Of a stretch of 64,000 nucleotides of DNA, positions 60,969 to 64,000 are shown piece by piece; within the stretch, counting starts at the first letter, position 1, and every line of letters starts with the position of its first letter. The stretch is from Camelus dromedarius. Taxonomy: Eukaryota. The stretch lies in contig NC_087445.1 in NCBI RefSeq assembly GCF_036321535.1, positions 46,934,001 through 46,998,000 on the forward strand. Reading direction: 5' to 3'. The position numbers and the translations under genes were made by a program. The notes under the pieces are model-generated. The model was not told the origin of the DNA. It made no database searches and saw only the letters and a list, made by a program, of their open reading frames with translations.

Positions 60969-63549
60969 CTGTCACAGATCCCCAGGCTGCCAGAGTGCAA
61001 GACCTTTAAACTCTTCATTGTCCTTGTGGGGAAATGGTAACCCAGGGAGGTCTTTGGGTTGTCAGTGGAGCCTTTTCATGTCTGGTGCCACTGGTTAGTT
61101 TGTTGGCTTCACCCAGAACCATACTGTGTCATATCATAGCTGTATTTTGCTGCCCAAGTCTTACTAATTCTCTGATAACAGAATTTGATGACTACCCATA
61201 AGAAGTTATAAACATAGTCAAAAGAGACAAACAAAAATGTTGGTGGTCCTGAGACCTTCAAGTACATTGTTTTTCCCTGTGTTGAACCACTGCTTCCTCT
61301 GTTCTGTTTTGGTCTCATCCCAGAGACTTTGGCTCCATCTGATAGAGGGAGAAACTGGAAAATGTCCTCTGCCTCAACATACAGTAGTGATCCTTAGCAC
61401 CACTGTGGGAATTCCTCTCCCACGTCAGCACTAGAAATAGTGGGACTTACTTTGAGCAGCTGCTTTGTTTTGATCTGACGGTGGGACTCTAAGAATATTA
61501 TCATGCACTATGTGCTCTTCTTGACTGTCACTGCAGGGAGGGGGCATGCAGGCCACTCCGCTGCAGCATAAGTAGAGTGTGCAGTACTAGGTGCCAGCAG
61601 TTGCCAAACTTCCGTCCATGCAACTGATGTGGCACGTGGATGCCAGTTACACCCCCGCACACACTCCATGAGTGTGTCCACATTGTGATGAAGCGCCAAA
61701 GGATTGTGGGAAAGCAAATGCAAAAATCATTCTCAACCCTACAACTAGTAAGAGACCGACAGTAATAGTTACTCCCTAGCATCTATGGCGCAGACAGGAC
61801 CGACTGTGCAGCCGGTGCCCCTCCTGGAGCTCTGCGTCCATGACTTTCTCCTATGCTCAAGGAACGTGTTGAAATAGAAGCGCAATTTATGGTATTATAG
61901 TGATTATTTTTAAACCACTTTAATTTATATCTTTTTGAATCAGTTATTGCCCAGTTTTGGTCCTTTAACTTTTGTTAGTATGTAACAGGTTGTTTCCTCT
62001 TTTTCTTTCCTCCTGCTTCCCTCTTTATCCCCATGTTAAATCAGGCCCAGGTCCTTGCCTTGGATGTGTTTTTGTAGGTGTAAGTGTAACAGGACATAGA
62101 GGGGATGGTCCAGAGAACTAAAGCAGCATGCCAGAGCTGGCACTCATCATTTCCTTCATTTTATAAAAGCCTAAGCCCATTAAAGAGACACATTTAAATG
62201 TCCTGAAGCAGAAGGGAAAGAGATCACCTTTGGGAAGGAGGCGAGATTCCTGGAGGCAGGGGAGAGGTGGAGGTTGCAGATCCCCATCTGGGTGGGACTC
62301 ACCCCTACTCTATGGCAGTGTCCTTGGGTCTTGGGGCGAATGGCTGCTTAATGCTCCTTGGGAGGACAGTGAATGCCAAACTCCTCAAAGACGTTGGTCT
62401 CTCCTTACTGGTGCTTTCCTTGTTGCCTTAGTGAAGAGGGTGGCCTCTGGGCCTTCCCAGGAAAAATAGCAGGGTGGTGCGTTCTTTGATCTCACCTCTG
62501 AAGCCTTTTCTAACATTCACAATCCCTGAACCTTCTCATTTATTCCTCCACACTCTGCCAAGGCAGCGCCAGCCTCCTCACCTCATTTACTGTGGACCGT
62601 TGTCACATCCCAGCTTCAGGAACCCATCGTAGCTGTACATTAGGATGAGCTCCAGTGTTCCTGCCAAGTCTTTAATCCTGAGTCAAGGAGAGCGTGCCCA
62701 CGGCTTCCCTGTCTAGCCATGTATGCATACACCCCTCTCCCCTCCAACACCCTCGAGATCCACTCCCACAAATGTTCCCCAGTTTCTCTACTAGCCAGAT
62801 CCTAGTATGCTTTTGGTGAGTGTGCTGTTTGCTCTCAGAGCAAGAACCTACCAAGGGGAGCCTGGGGTGGACCTTGAGAAGGGTGTCTGTCTCGATGAGA
62901 TCCCTGCATGGTCTCTAGGCAGGGGGAGGCTGCTCTCTGGCAGCCTGAGGCGAGGGACCAGAAGGGCTGATTCTGTTGGTCTTGAGGGTTCAGGGGAATC
63001 TAAGGGTTCAAGGCTCTCAGGGGCATCCATCCAGGTACCCAGATCTCAGGACTCAGGGTTCCTCGGGGTCCCACTCTTTCCCTGTCAAAGCACCAATTTT
63101 AGCTACACACCCAGTCTTTGTAGCTCTGCCAGTTTTACAAGTAAGTCCTGGCCCTGCCTGGTAGCACAGTCTGCCCTGTGGGTGCAGGAAATGAGAATCT
63201 CTTTAAAAACTGCCTTAGATGCCTGTTGGCTTTCACAGCACGCTGTGTGTGTACACTTGGCTTACCTGAACCTGTTATTCTTTCTTTAAAACTTACAAGG
63301 TAGTTTTAAAAAGAGTCCATTTTACCATCCTTAAAAATACTGTTACCCAATATTACTAAACACTAGAGCTAGTGAATAACTCATGCTTCCCCTTCAACCT
63401 GTAAAACACTCCAGCCCCCTACAGGTAAATGTCGTGTTGAGTATGATGCTACAACAGACCAGGGGTTATCACCACTTCATTTACCCACAGAAATGGGGTC
63501 CTTGTGCCATCTGAGTGGTGAAGAGATGTCTTCCAGGGCTACTTCTGGT

Positions 63550-64000
63550 AGCAGTTGTCTTGGTTGTGTTCCCCCAAAGCAGAGCCTGACACAGACTTGG
63601 GAGCAGATAGCTTATTTTGGAAGTGATCTCAGGAAGCTGGCATGAGGCAGCAGGAAGAGGGAGAAATGAAAGGAGGAAAAGGCAATATAAGGGTACATTA
63701 TTAAGGTGGCTGCTGTGGACAACAGAGGATCTGTTCTGCTGGAGAGGCCCAAGAAGCATGAAGAATACCTCTCAGAATTGTCTACACAAAGGATGGGAGG
63801 CTGGTGCGTTTATCCCCAGCTCCCTTCCTCTCATGGTTGATAGTTGTCTCCAAAGTTGGATCAGTTTTTTATTGCTGTGTAGCGGATCACCACATTTTAG
63901 CTGCTTAAATCAATGCCCATTTATGAGCTCCCAGTTGGGTAGGTCAAAAATCCAGCATGGCATAACTTGGTTCTTTTCTCAGGGTATCAAACAGCTGAAA
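63550..64000. mobile_element. ERVL-type LTR fragment (~63550-63845) followed by an MLT1 start (~63850-64000)
   Basis: TTCCCCCAAAGCAGAGCCTGAC...TTTTGGAAGTGATCTCAGGAAG, then TTTATTGCTGTGTAGC...GCTTAAATCAA...TCCAGCATGG. Confidence 0.5.

Noticed and set aside
61500-61900. CpG-richer segment with a CPHC-containing frame downstream of locus 6
   Set aside because: The frame is short and stop-bounded. It may be an ancient DNA-transposon remnant, but I could not assign it.
1-64000. CRISPR arrays, operons, rRNA or other prokaryotic/viral systems
   Set aside because: The window is repeat-rich mammalian DNA with no regularly spaced direct-repeat arrays or dense coding.

Overview
This is a mammalian genomic window, most likely from a camelid, judged by two tRNA-Ala-derived vic-1-type SINEs. 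It contains a cluster of six single-exon class II olfactory receptor loci of the OR37 (OR2S2/OR13C7-like, mouse mOR262) subfamily, recognisable by their extended third extracellular loop. Five loci are on the - strand and the last is inverted on the + strand. Locus 1 looks like the OR2S2 orthologue. Loci 2, 3 and 5 have open frames, although locus 1 and locus 3 are partly hidden by N runs. Locus 4 has lost its start codon (ATG>ATA) and has a deletion in the KAFSTC motif. Locus 6 has a 1-bp frameshift. The clearest unexplained structure is a ~90-120 bp module (TAATTG, a TTTAAA core and paired O/E-like sites) found once, 1-4.3 kb upstream of each of the six genes and always in the gene's orientation. 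The coding regions show a patchwork of near-identical tracts, which points to gene conversion or to read mis-assembly. Intergenic DNA is mostly transposon-derived (L1, L2, MIR, MLT, MER5/20/21, ERV1 and ERVL LTRs). It includes a probable U6-L1 chimera and an unidentified ~930 bp retroposed insert with a target-site duplication. No prokaryotic features, CRISPR arrays, rRNA or true tRNA genes were found. Repeat family names come from recalled consensus sequences and their boundaries are approximate.
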